Source: Conidiobolus incongruus B7586
Lineage: Eukaryota
Assembly: GCA_000697335.1 (NCBI GenBank)
Contig: JNEM01013221.1
Location: forward strand, 62,001 to 99,281
DNA length: 37,281 bases
Direction of reading: 5' to 3'
Below the pieces are notes generated by a model that was not told where the DNA came from, made no database searches, and saw only the letters and a list, made by a program, of their open reading frames with translations. This document shows, in pieces, positions 24,152 through 35,121 of this stretch; the stretch's first letter is position 1, and each line of letters starts with the position of its first letter. A program made the translations under genes and the position numbers.

Positions 24152-24376
24152 ATGTCGAGTATACATCCTAAAAAATTATTAGATGAAAATAATGCTGAAC
24201 TGATGGCTGATGGTAGTTATATAGTAGGGTTTCCTGTTGGTTTAGTCATTTATTCTATAATTTTTTTTATCGGCTTTACTGTTTGGTTAGTTGGTACCAT
24301 TCGAAGGTACTTATTTAGAAGAGCTTTTCGGATGGAAGTAAAACAAGCTAAACTAAAACAAGGGAATGGTGCTTAA
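24152..24376 (+). CDS. Small (74 aa) single-pass membrane protein of unknown function
   Basis: ATG in good context (AAAGATG) and higher GC than flanks. Acidic N-terminus, one long hydrophobic helix (YIVG...WLVGTI), then a basic cluster (RRYLFRR), consistent with positive-inside topology. Confidence 0.6.
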   Translation: MSSIHPKKLLDENNAELMADGSYIVGFPVGLVIYSIIFFIGFTVWLVGTIRRYLFRRAFRMEVKQAKLKQGNGA

Positions 24377-24861
24377 TAATTATTCAAGCATATATAACTC
24401 TATCCAAAAATCTATTTAAGTATATGAGTACATTGATATTGAAAGCAATCCTCTTATTAAGGTGGACAAGGCGTTAACTTACAACAATATCTGAAGGATA
24501 CTCAAGTCGAATTTACTTTATCATATCTTTTTTTTTGTTGAAAAATGATTGAATATCAGTTTTGGGAAAGAAACTTGCATATAATTGAGCCATGGGTTTG
24601 ATTATTACATGTAAATATTATAATAATAACTATCATTTTTATTATTAAAAAAAATAAAAATATAAATATATATGTATTTATCAATAAATTATAATAAATT
24701 TTGCCTCTTATAAATTGTGCATTATGTGAATAAAGTAATTTCAAACTGATTATTTTCCCATAAAAGTAAATTTCAATTAAAAACATGTCCAAATAATTAT
24801 TTAAGTCATAATAGAATCACTATTAAATCTTAAAATTTAAAATTAATTCATCAAACTCAAT

Positions 24862-26153
24862 ATGTTATTAAATGGACCTTCAGGTATATATTAATTATAA
24901 TACTCAGTATAATTAATCATATTTATACTATTTTATCAGGTTTTTATTCTTCAGGAGGGACGGAATGTATTTTAATTTTGATAATTTTATTCACCATCAT
25001 ATTTAATAATTTCGAATGGCTACCTTATGTACACATTACTTTAGAACCATATTTAACGCAACACCAGCAGGTAAAATATATATATGTTAACTTTTATTTT
25101 TATATTTAATTTACTCTATATATTTTAGTATTATAGAATCTTTTTATCTCAATTAGGATTCAAATACTCTGGTGATTTATTTTTTAGTTGTTTAATTTTA
25201 TATCATTTCAGATACTTAGAGAGATTATTTGGAACTAACAAATATATGGTATTTTGATAATATTTAACAATATTTATAAAAATATTAAAAATATTTTATT
25301 TTAGTCTATGGTTTCGATTTGTACTTGTTTATCAGTATTGATTCAGTTAATTATTTTAGTTACACTCGACCGTTGGAATATTAAATATACTCTTCCAATT
25401 GGACCGTAAGTATATCAATATTTTAAGTTGTTTATTTCACTGGATAATTAACAGATTATAATAGATATGGTACTATATATTCAATTATATATTTATATAG
25501 TCAAAACATCCCGAAGATTTACAAAGTGAAATTACATTACATATCTTTTAATAACAAAATATTCTTTAGTTATTTGATTTTTCAGGTATTTATAATATTA
25601 AATATCATATTTGAAGGAATTGGCCTAACATTTTACTTAGCTAACTGTTAAACAACTTCCAACTACTTTAATTCCTCTGGCTGCTGGCATAATATCCGGC
25701 TATCTTTATACTTTCCGCTTTTTAAATCGAATTCGCTATCCAATTTTTGTTCAAAATGCCACATATAGTTTAATTGGAAAGCTTATTCCTAATCATCCTG
25801 GACCTAGAAATAATTCTCCCAGTAGACTTGCTCAATCTACTCAATTCAACATGTCTGTATCATTTGAACAAGTGACTGAAGCAGAGCCAAATGCTCAAAA
25901 TGAAACTGAACCTAATAATAATCCTACTTCCTCTGCTACTTTGCCTACTACTGGTATTGTCAGGAATTACATTGGCCAGCTATCCAATCCTTCTCTAACG
26001 ACCACAAATCCACCCACGCAAGAGCAAATTGCCCATCTATCTGCCATGTTTCCTAGAGCTTCGCAAGATACGATTAGACATAGTTTAATAATCTCTAATA
26101 ACGATACCAATAGAGCAGTTGCTCATTTGCTAAGTACACCAGAAGTTATATAA
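24862..26153 (+). CDS. dsc2: Dsc2/UBAC2-like rhomboid pseudoprotease with C-terminal UBA/CUE domain, 6 exons, 335 aa
   Basis: Exons 24862-24883, 24940-25070, 25129-25248, 25305-25405, 25465-25585 and 25641-26153 (1008 nt, in frame). Motifs GPSGFY, QYYRIFLSQLGF, YHFRYLERLFGTNKY, GPYG...IP and EQIAHLSAMFP...SNNDTNRAVAHLL. Confidence 0.85.
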
Positions 26154-26230
26154 AGCCCAAAAAGTTACAAATAATATATGATAAATTAATTATTAACATA
26201 TTTAAAGTTATTTATTTCAAATTAATAGTA

Positions 26231-26464
26231 TTAGTGATTTGATCTGAGTTGATTTAATTCTAATTCGGTTTCAATTTGACGTTTCTTCAAATAGAGATGA
26301 TACCAAGCAGTTTGTAAACTCAAATTTACAGTTAAAGCAATGACAAAACAATTTAGAAGGGGTGTAAATATGCCAGAATAGGTGGGCTTCGTCTGAGTTG
26401 ATACATTTTGTTTCAAATAGTTAAAAGATTTGGTATTCAGTTTAATATGTCTTAATCCTATCAT
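26231..26464 (-). CDS. Small putative mitochondrial inner-membrane protein (Ina17-like architecture), 77 aa
   Basis: Basic, acid-free N-terminus resembling a presequence, one TM segment (IFTPLLNCFVIALTVNLSLQTAWYHL) and a short coiled coil. Family assignment is from remembered resemblance only. Confidence 0.55.
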   Translation of the reverse strand: MIGLRHIKLNTKSFNYLKQNVSTQTKPTYSGIFTPLLNCFVIALTVNLSLQTAWYHLYLKKRQIETELELNQLRSNH

Positions 26465-27089
26465 AGTGTTAATCGAATATTTTTGTATTATAATTTAGTT
26501 GTATCTGGTTTTTAATATTTATTTTTAAAACCCTATTTATTTTAAATTATGGGAATATTCTCTATCCATTATTTTTGAATAATATTAAAATTAACAAAAT
26601 AATTACTTTATTTAATATATTAACACATGATATTAACTATTTAAGATTTAAATATCATATTAATTATATTAATAATATACCCATTTACTAATTTATTAAA
26701 TACTCGAAAATTCAATTATTTATCAACAAAAAATAATCAAGATATCAAATACTGAATTTTACTAAGCAGTATTTGCAACTGTAAAAGGATAATTGAATTA
26801 GTATATTTATCTATAAGTAAAAAAAAACAAATAATCTTAAGTTATAAATGATGATTTTATACCTAATTCCAATTAGAATATAATTGGCTGATTGAAACTT
26901 GGAACAATTCAGTCACTTATGAGTTCATTCTAATTCCCATTATTATTCTAAATTTTAATTTTAGTATATATATATTTACCAATCATATATTAATATTATA
27001 ATTTCATTAATTATCATATTAATTTAGAAACAACGATCATTTTATTATATTCTATTATATAAGTGAAAAAATTAATATTTATAAACGAC

Positions 27090-28244
27090 ATGTCTAATCC
27101 CAATCAATCTAATACTTCCGGATGGTCTAGCATCAGTCAAAAATTGAACCCATTGGCCAAATCTATTTCTAAAGGTTTCGTTCAAGCCAAGCAATGGAGT
27201 GAAGAAAAGTTAGGTACTGCTAACGAAGTCACCGAATTACCTGCAGATTATTTAGAATTGGAAAGAAGAGTTGATGTTATCCGCAACCTTCATCAAGAAT
27301 TAGTTAAAGTCACTAAAGCTTATGCTGCTCCTTATGGTGAATCCTCTTTACCTGAAGGTTTCTCCACCTTATCCCGTTCCTTAGCTGATACTTTCCAAAA
27401 TGCTAGCTCTGCTGTCACTGGTAATCCCTCTCACCCATCTCCCGAGCCCACTGAACCCAGTGCTCCAAGAACTGAATATCATGCTTTTGCTAAAGCTTCT
27501 TTCCAAGGTGCTGCTTCTTTGGGAACTGAAGATCCTTTCGGTAATATTTTTAAATATTCTGGTTGTTAAATACTAAGATATTTGTTTTAGGTACTGTTTT
27601 AATGAAATTTGGTTCCGTCCACGATAAAATTGGTGATAGTAGATTGAGATTCGTAAGCTTAATTGCATATTCTAAGAATTGAATTATATTTTTATATTGC
27701 TAATATGTTTTAGTTGAATGACGTTCAAAAGAGAGTTATTACACCTTTAAATTCTACTTTGAATACTACCATTCAGTTGGCAATGGTAATTTTATTTGAA
27801 ATTTAATATTATTTTAGTCTTACATACGATTATTTTCATCATTTAGAAAGCTCGTCGTAATGTTCTTACAACAAGATTAGAATTAGATGGATTAAAAGCT
27901 TCATACAAGAATGTTAAACCTGAAAAAATGGCCCAAGTAATATTAATTATCATAAAATACCCAAGTTTAACAAAATAATAACGTCATTTGAACATTTTTA
28001 GGCTAAACAAGAAATTGATGCTGCTGAAGATTCATTAGTCCTAGCCGTTGAAGAGGCCATCATCTTAATGAAAGCAGTCGTTGAAAGTCCTGAACCTTTG
28101 AGAAATCTCTCAGATTTAGTCACAGCTCAAATTGATTTCTATAAAGAAGCTTACGAATTATTAGCTGATATCTCGCCCGAAATTGAAGAAATTCAATCTA
28201 ACCAAGAAGCTATCTATCGTAACAATTATCAAAAATCAGCCTAA
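27090..28244 (+). CDS. GVP36: Gvp36-like BAR-domain protein, 5 exons, 305 aa
   Basis: Exons 27090-27540, 27591-27652, 27714-27785, 27847-27936 and 28002-28244 (918 nt). Motifs EKLGTANEVTELPADYLELERRVD, PRTEYHAFAKA, AMKARRNV..RLELD and AEDSLVLAVEEA..LMK.V.ESPEPLRNL..LV.AQ..FYK. Confidence 0.88.
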
Positions 28245-28493
28245 AAAATTAAACATTTTTATCATTTTAAGTAATATAATTTCATTATTATTAAATTTTA
28301 CATATTTTATTTATGATGATATAATAATTTCTATTAAATTAATTTTTATAAATAATGTTATTCGATATTATTCATTTAAATTTAATAAATCTTATTAAAT
28401 TTATCCCATAATATTTTTTATTCACGGTTATATTCATAAATCTATCACACAGTTGGAGTAGTTCATAAATACTTTAATAACTATAATACAAAC

Positions 28494-28785
28494 ATGAGTT
28501 TTACACCACCCAAAAGAAACGAGAGAAAAATCTGCTGGAATCAAAGGGATGAATACTTCAAATGTTTGGATAAATTAAATATTCAAAATCCTCAAAATGA
28601 TACCTCTTCAGAATGTGCACAGTTAAAAGAACAGTACGAAAAATTATGTCCTAATATTTGGGTAAATATAAATAACAAATATATATTCATTAATTGCTAA
28701 TATTGAATAGGTACAACATTTTAACGATGTTAGAGTTTCCGCGTTTAAACAGAAAGAGTATTTGGAAAAATTACAAGCTAAATAA
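28494..28785 (+). CDS. COA6: Cytochrome c oxidase assembly factor 6 (COX6B-like Cx9C...Cx10C), 2 exons, 80 aa
   Basis: Exons 28494-28661 and 28711-28785. Sequence PKRNERKICWNQRDEYFKCLD...C..LK..YEKLCPNIWVQHF. Confidence 0.9.
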
Positions 28786-28901
28786 ATTAGAAACAGCTAA
28801 TATATATTTAAAATTATATCAACTATAAAACAATCAATCTTATCACTATCACAAAGGGTTGAGATATAATAATATATCAATCCTATTAAATAAATTAAAT
28901 A

Positions 28902-28904
<3 letters not shown>

Positions 28905-28940
<36 letters not shown>
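28905..28940. repeat. (AT)n microsatellite
   Basis: Perfect AT dinucleotide run, the longest in the window. Confidence 0.9.
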
Positions 28941-28943
<3 letters not shown>

Positions 28944-29939
28944 AATTCAAGTTATTAAATTTTAAACAATTATATTATTGACAACATTCTTAATGAAGAT
29001 CATATATTCAAAATATAGCTTCGGCCAAGTTAATTCTTAATTAATGATTAAATAATATATTATTCATTTAACATATAATGAAAATCATCATCTTTTATAT
29101 CAATATTCATATAATATTTTCAAATTGCTCTTTAATTAAAATTTTGGATTCAGATACTGATATTTTATTATATTAGATCATGAATTATTACAATTGCATC
29201 AATATAATTAATATTTATATGATGAATATATAAATCATATAAATTAATAGTAGAATTATACTAAATACATTATATATGTGTTATAAATTAATAAATTATA
29301 AAATAAATTTAATTCATTACTAAGTTGATAATTTTATATCCCAATTCCATGTTGTATATATTAAAAATTATTAATAATTGATTAACAAATTTATTTATAT
29401 TTTCAAACAAAATATTTCAAGTTCATTTTTTTATATTTAATTCAGATATATTTCAAAAAAAAATTGTGAAATGTTATAAACAATTAAGATATCTAAATAT
29501 CACCAAGCTATACAATATATAATAATTAATTACTATAATGTTATTCTTAAAAGAATTACCTCAATTTTATTTTCCCAATTTTGAAAATTATTCATTTAAA
29601 TCCATTATATGCATAAATATATGACGTATAAAATAAAATTGAATTGATATAATTATAGAAAAGCTTATATTATTAATATAAAATATTAATAGAATTTGAT
29701 TATTTTTATCGATTTCAAATATATTATCGACGATATTAATATTTTATATAATATAAATATATTATTCTTTAATATATAAAATCATTGAAATTAAAATAAT
29801 ATAATCCCATAATTAAATATATGAAAATTCACTTTTTTTAAATTATAAACACTATTTGAATGACTTGTTAATTCAAACCAATTCATATATAAAAGCATTG
29901 AATCAAGTATATTAAATTTACAATTATATAAATTACAAA

Positions 29940-30702
29940 ATGGATGTTGACGACATTGATAATATGGACTTTCCATTACCTAACCATTCTAATAATAATC
30001 TCAAAGATGAATACTCTACTTCAGATAGTGAACCTTATAAGAGGTAAATAATATCATATTATATTTGAATTCTAATATTAAATGGTATTTAGCTGGATAT
30101 GTATATACCCTATTTACTTTGACAAAAATCGCGCATTTGGAAAAGGACGCCGCGTTACGACCTCCGAAGCTATTGAAGAACCCACTTCCGTTTATTTGTT
30201 GGAAGCTTGTATGAAATTGGGTGTTAAAGCCATTTTTGAAGTATGTTAAAATTATAACTTATGATATTTCTGGTATTAAATTATAGTTTTTTCTTAGCCA
30301 ACCAAGAGACATCCTCAAGATTTTGAAAATTTTGGAAGAGTTAGAGTGCAATTAAAATTAGATAACGGTTTTTATGCTGACCAATCTATTACTACAAGTA
30401 GGTTAATAAATTATCAATTTGAAATGATATTTTATTGACTATATGATTTAGAAAAACAGCTGTTGAAGAAAATAGCTCCTTTACTACCTCAAATCAAAGC
30501 TTTGAGATATCCAGTTGATACTGATCAAATCTCTCAATTAAATGCTGGAAAGTTGCTCATTGATCCCAATGCCAAATTAGTACCCAACGAAAAATATAAA
30601 TCCACCTTTATGGACAATGAAGAAATCACACCTGCACCCCAAAAGCCTCCCTCCAAGAATCAATTGAAGAAGAAGGCTAAAAAGATGATTATTAAACGTT
30701 AA
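29940..30702 (+). CDS. SEC65: Signal recognition particle 19-kDa subunit (Sec65/SRP19), 4 exons, 200 aa
   Basis: Exons 29940-30043, 30093-30240, 30298-30397 and 30452-30702 (603 nt). Motifs DDIDNMDFPLP, WICIYPIYFDKNR..GKGRRV, EPTKRHPQDFENFGRVRVQLK and a basic KKKAKKMIIKR tail. Confidence 0.93.
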
Positions 30703-30845
30703 GTTTGTCTTATCATTCAAATACAACTAAACATTGGATCATAATAAAACAAGTCATCATTAATAAGGTTTCATTCAATTTTTTATAAATATTTAATTAA
30801 TTGACTCTATTTATTATATTATATATCAAATTAATTTAGCTATTA

Positions 30846-31981
30846 TTAAGATCTCGTCTTCTCAGGTAACCATCTTGTGAACTCAATTGGCTGAACTTTA
30901 AAATTATACAAAATCCAATCTAAATTCATCAATTCATCGTATCGAATTTGATTAGGATATATTACAAAACAAATCATATATTTCTAAAGTACATTTTGTA
31001 TTAGTGAATAAAATATGTTCATAATTGAATTTAATTACCTTCTGAACAGATCCACATAATCTGATAGATCCTATCAAGTCAATTAATGATAAATTTTCAC
31101 TTTGAACCTGTTGATTTGATCGAATTGAAGAGGGTATTATATTGACTGCATACCTAAAAACTAACATTAAATATTATAGATTTTTAATAATTAAAATAAT
31201 ATACTCAGAATGCTTATTTGTCGGGCCATCACGATATAATACTATTCACACAATTTAATATAATCATATAACTAAATATTACAAATCATTTACCATATTT
31301 TGTACCATATTTTAACCCTGATTTAACAATCCATTTTTTACTTCTAAAGTAGTAATACGCAACAAATTGACAAATCAAGTTCATTTTGGATTGAAAATCA
31401 TGATAGTTGTTTAATATCATATCCCAAATTAATTGGAATTCAATTTCATTCTATAATATACATATTGAAATATTAATATGGTATAAAATTTGATCAATAT
31501 AAAACTATTACAGGATCTAATAAATTAGGATATAATTTTAAAATACCCAAATTATAATTTAAAAATATTAATTCTTCGAAATTTAGCCAAATAGTCTCAT
31601 TATCTAATTTAGGAAAATAAAATCTATGAATATCTACTAATTACTGTATTGATGGTAATTGAATACCTTGTAGAAATTGAGGACAACTCCTAGAATAGAT
31701 TCCTTTACCAAAAAATCCTCCAAACCATAAATCTTTCATTTGTATTGGATTTTTAATTTCAATACCGACTAATTCTTTATTATATTGATTAGATTCTTTC
31801 TAGATATATTTGTATTAATGAATAACTCAATTAATATACATATTAAAATAAATAAAAATCAATATACTTTAACTTGGTTAAAAATCAAATAACCTCTAAT
31901 AATATCACTAATGGAGTTAAATAAATATTTAATAGGTAATAAATCATTTTGAATATTGGTAGGTTTCTTTTGATTTTTCAT
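30846..31981 (-). CDS. SEN2: tRNA-splicing endonuclease catalytic subunit Sen2, 7 exons, 261 aa
   Basis: Exons 31981-31868, 31799-31667, 31603-31512, 31450-31294, 31241-31205, 31153-31039 and 30983-30846 (786 nt, all GT-AG, in frame). Motifs LWFGGFFGKGIYSRS, LNFEELIFL, YYYFRSKKWIVKSGLKYG, LYRDGPTNKHSEYAV, RLCGSVQKK and RWLPEKTR. Confidence 0.9.
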
Positions 31982-32440
31982 TTTTATTTTATTTATTGAC
32001 ATTGCCAATCCATATAAACTATATTAAATATTTGATAATCGGCACTAAGGAATTATGGGATTTTTTATAATAAATTTTTAATAGAAATTGGACTTTAATA
32101 TTCAAATATCATTATAACCAAGTTCAGTATGATAATTAAACTTGCTAACAAAATTTTTATGTTTTATATTATAGCCGGAGGTTTTGATTTATATCGTTAC
32201 TCAGCAAAATAGATAATTTGATATAATTGATTACACAATATAAAATATTAATGAAAAAATAGTTATTGAAAGATAGCCTTGCTAAAGTAATCATTTTCCG
32301 GGTAAAATATTATGAATAAATGAAGATAAATTTAATTTATTATAAAGAAATAATTAAAGAGATTATAAAATATAATTATTATTAATAAATTGTATGAGGA
32401 TTTATTCAATGTTGTAAAGTCAAAGTAATGGAACAGAAAT

Positions 32441-34972
32441 TTATAATTTGTCGTAGAATTCGTCAAGAGTGGGAATTTCAGGCTTGAGACCCTTACGGAT
32501 ACGGATTTCCTTAACAATCTTGTTGGTTTGAGAACCATCAACAGTGATATCACCGTTCATATGAGCCCAGTGATCGAAGACACATTGAGGGAAAGCTTGA
32601 CCACCAGTGTTGGCACGGAGGTAGTTGGTGAAACCGAAGGATTCAGCGACGGGCAAGTGAGCCTTAATCAAGACCATAGGAGTACCGGGGATAGCTTCTT
32701 CAGCAACAATGATACCACGCTTTTGAGAGAGAGAAGAGTAGACGTTACCAGCGACATCGTTGGGGCATTGAACTTCACACAAGAACATAGGTTCGAAAAG
32801 AGTAGGTTGAGCAGTAAGGACGGAAGCGTAGCAGACACGACGGCAAGTGGGGATAATTTGACCACCACCACGATGGATAGCATCAGCGTGTAAGGTAACA
32901 TCAAGAATGTTGAAGCGAGCAGAACGGAGGGGTTCTTCAGCGGTGGGACCTTCCTTAGAAGCCCATTGGAAAGCAGCGACACAGGAATCCTTAATTTCAT
33001 TGAGGTATTGGACGGCCTTGGTAGAGTCAACCAAAACGTTGGGACCAGTGGTTTCGGGACCGAAACACCAGATCTTACGAGATTCGTTGGCATCCCAACC
33101 GTAGGTGTCAACCAAGTGACGACCACGGACCTTAGGATCGTCACGAGGAGTGATCTTACCTTCATCGATTTCCTTGGAGAGTTCTTCATCAAGAGGTTGA
33201 GCCTTCATGAAGATACGGTTGTGCTTGTTGGGAGACTTGGACAAACAGGTGATGGAGGATTCGGCAGTGACGGTTTCACGGTAAGAGACGACAGGGTCGG
33301 ACTTCTTGATGGGGACTTGAGCGTGATCTTCTTCAAGATCCTTCAAACAGATTTCCAAGTGTAAATCACCAGCACCAGCAATAATGTGTTCACCAGATTC
33401 GTTAGTGTAACATTGGACACAAGGATCGGACTTGGACAAACGCTTGAGACCTTCGACAAGCTTGGGCAAGTCGTTGGCATTCTTGACGTTGACGGCAACT
33501 TGGACGACAGGAGAGACAGAGAACTTCATGACTCTCATGTTGTGGGCGGTTTCAGAGGTGGTGATGGTACCAGACTTCAATAAGAATTGATCGACACCAA
33601 CAAGACCAATGATGTTACCGGCGGGACAATCTTCGATAGCTTCGACGAAACGACCCATCATAAGAATGGTACGTTGAATAGACTTAACGAAAAGATCATC
33701 CTTCTTACCGGGAACGTAGTTAGGACCTTGGATACGGACCTTAAGACCAGAGCGGACAGTACCAGAGAAGACACGACCGAAAGCGTAGAAACGACCCTTA
33801 TCGGAGGTGGGAACCATCTTGGAGACGTACAACATAAGAGGACCGTTGGGGTCACAGTTCTTGATACCTTGACCACATTCGTCATCGATGGGACCTTCGT
33901 ACAAGTTAGCAGCACGGTAGTTTTGGGCAGTCATGGGAGAGGGCAAGTGAATGACAATCATTTCAAGTAAAGCATCGGCAGCGGGCAAGAATTTACGCAT
34001 GACAGCCTTCAACAAGGGCTTGCCTTCCAATTCTCTGTCTTCCTTGGTCAAGGGAACTTCTAATTTGTCCAACATTTCGATGGCCTTGGCGGATTTGCCG
34101 TTCATGCAGTTATCGAAAAGCTTGAAGATGGGGTCCAAGACGAACATGTTGAAGGCACGTTCAACGGGCTTACCATCGGCACCGGGAGTGGCGGTCTTGG
34201 TCCACTTCTTGGTGTGGGGGTTGAAGAAGTTGTCACCCCAAAGTCTGTTCATCATCTTATCCTTGTCAACACCGAATTTCTTGGAGTAACGGAGGGCGAA
34301 TTGACGGAGAGTGAAACCCCAACCGTGGAGACCGGAACCGAAGGCAACGGTACCTTTTTCGGGGTAGACTTGGATATCACCGAGTTCTTTGTCGTAGTAA
34401 GTGGAGATGATAACGTTAACGTTTTCAATGGTACGTTGGAAGGATTGGTAAAGTTCTTCCTTGGTGGTTTGAAGTTCAAGAAGAGCACGATCAATCTTGT
34501 TGATGATAACAACAGGCTTAATTCTTTCACCTAAAGCTTGACGCAATACGGTTTCAGTTTGGACGGAAACACCAGAGACACAGTCAACGACGACTAAAGC
34601 ACCATCAGTGACACGGAGAGCGGCAGTGACTTCAGAAGAGAAATCGACGTGCCCGGGAGAGTCAATTAAATTGATTAAGAAATCTCTTCCGTCAGACTTT
34701 TGCTTGACTTCAGACATGGCATCTTCGGGTAATTCGAAGTACATAGAAATGGCAGTAGACTTAATAGTGATACAACGGTCTTGTTCATCTTGACGAGTAT
34801 CAGTGAAACGAGTTTCACCAGCACGGGCAGCGGAAATAATACCAGCCTTGGAGACTAAAGAGTCAGTCAAAGTGGATTTACCGTGATCGACGTGAGCAAT
34901 AACGGACATGTTACGAATGTTGGACGCCTTGTCCATAAGAGCACGGATCTGGTCAATGGTGAAGTTAACCAT
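32441..34972 (-). CDS. EFT2: Eukaryotic translation elongation factor 2, intronless, 843 aa
   Basis: [10 protein letters not shown] start, [13 protein letters not shown] and NKID GTPase motifs, diphthamide loop [13 protein letters not shown] and C-terminal YDKL. Strong C/T-ending codon bias. Confidence 0.99.
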   Translation of the reverse strand: MVNFTIDQIRALMDKASNIRNMSVIAHVDHGKSTLTDSLVSKAGIISAARAGETRFTDTRQDEQDRCITIKSTAISMYFELPEDAMSEVKQKSDGRDFLINLIDSPGHVDFSSEVTAALRVTDGALVVVDCVSGVSVQTETVLRQALGERIKPVVIINKIDRALLELQTTKEELYQSFQRTIENVNVIISTYYDKELGDIQVYPEKGTVAFGSGLHGWGFTLRQFALRYSKKFGVDKDKMMNRLWGDNFFNPHTKKWTKTATPGADGKPVERAFNMFVLDPIFKLFDNCMNGKSAKAIEMLDKLEVPLTKEDRELEGKPLLKAVMRKFLPAADALLEMIVIHLPSPMTAQNYRAANLYEGPIDDECGQGIKNCDPNGPLMLYVSKMVPTSDKGRFYAFGRVFSGTVRSGLKVRIQGPNYVPGKKDDLFVKSIQRTILMMGRFVEAIEDCPAGNIIGLVGVDQFLLKSGTITTSETAHNMRVMKFSVSPVVQVAVNVKNANDLPKLVEGLKRLSKSDPCVQCYTNESGEHIIAGAGDLHLEICLKDLEEDHAQVPIKKSDPVVSYRETVTAESSITCLSKSPNKHNRIFMKAQPLDEELSKEIDEGKITPRDDPKVRGRHLVDTYGWDANESRKIWCFGPETTGPNVLVDSTKAVQYLNEIKDSCVAAFQWASKEGPTAEEPLRSARFNILDVTLHADAIHRGGGQIIPTCRRVCYASVLTAQPTLFEPMFLCEVQCPNDVAGNVYSSLSQKRGIIVAEEAIPGTPMVLIKAHLPVAESFGFTNYLRANTGGQAFPQCVFDHWAHMNGDITVDGSQTNKIVKEIRIRKGLKPEIPTLDEFYDKL

Positions 34973-35041
34973 GTTGTATAATTTCTATTGAGAAGTTTAA
35001 TTGAGATAAAAACTCAAAAATTCAAAACAACAATAAATTTT

Positions 35042-35121
35042 CTTTTATAGCATTCAAACTATGATATATCCCACATTTTCTATTAATATTACATTCAACA
35101 TTTGTTGCACATTGAACCAAT
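35042..35121 (-). promoter_or_regulatory. eEF2 core promoter: TATA box and CCAAT box
   Basis: TATAAAAG on the minus strand at ~35042-35049. TTGAACCAAT at 35112-35121; the same 10-mer lies upstream of YHM2. Confidence 0.55.

Noticed and set aside
10484..30702. Apparent cluster of secretory/Golgi genes (ALG8, TVP15, PQ-loop, dsc2, GVP36, SEC65) as a functional system
   Set aside because: Ordinary housekeeping genes from different pathways, interspersed with unrelated genes and TE relics. No evidence of co-regulation.
32528..34793. Numerous + strand and alternate-frame ORFs overlapping eEF2
   Set aside because: Expected by-product of strong codon bias in a highly expressed gene. No recognisable domains.
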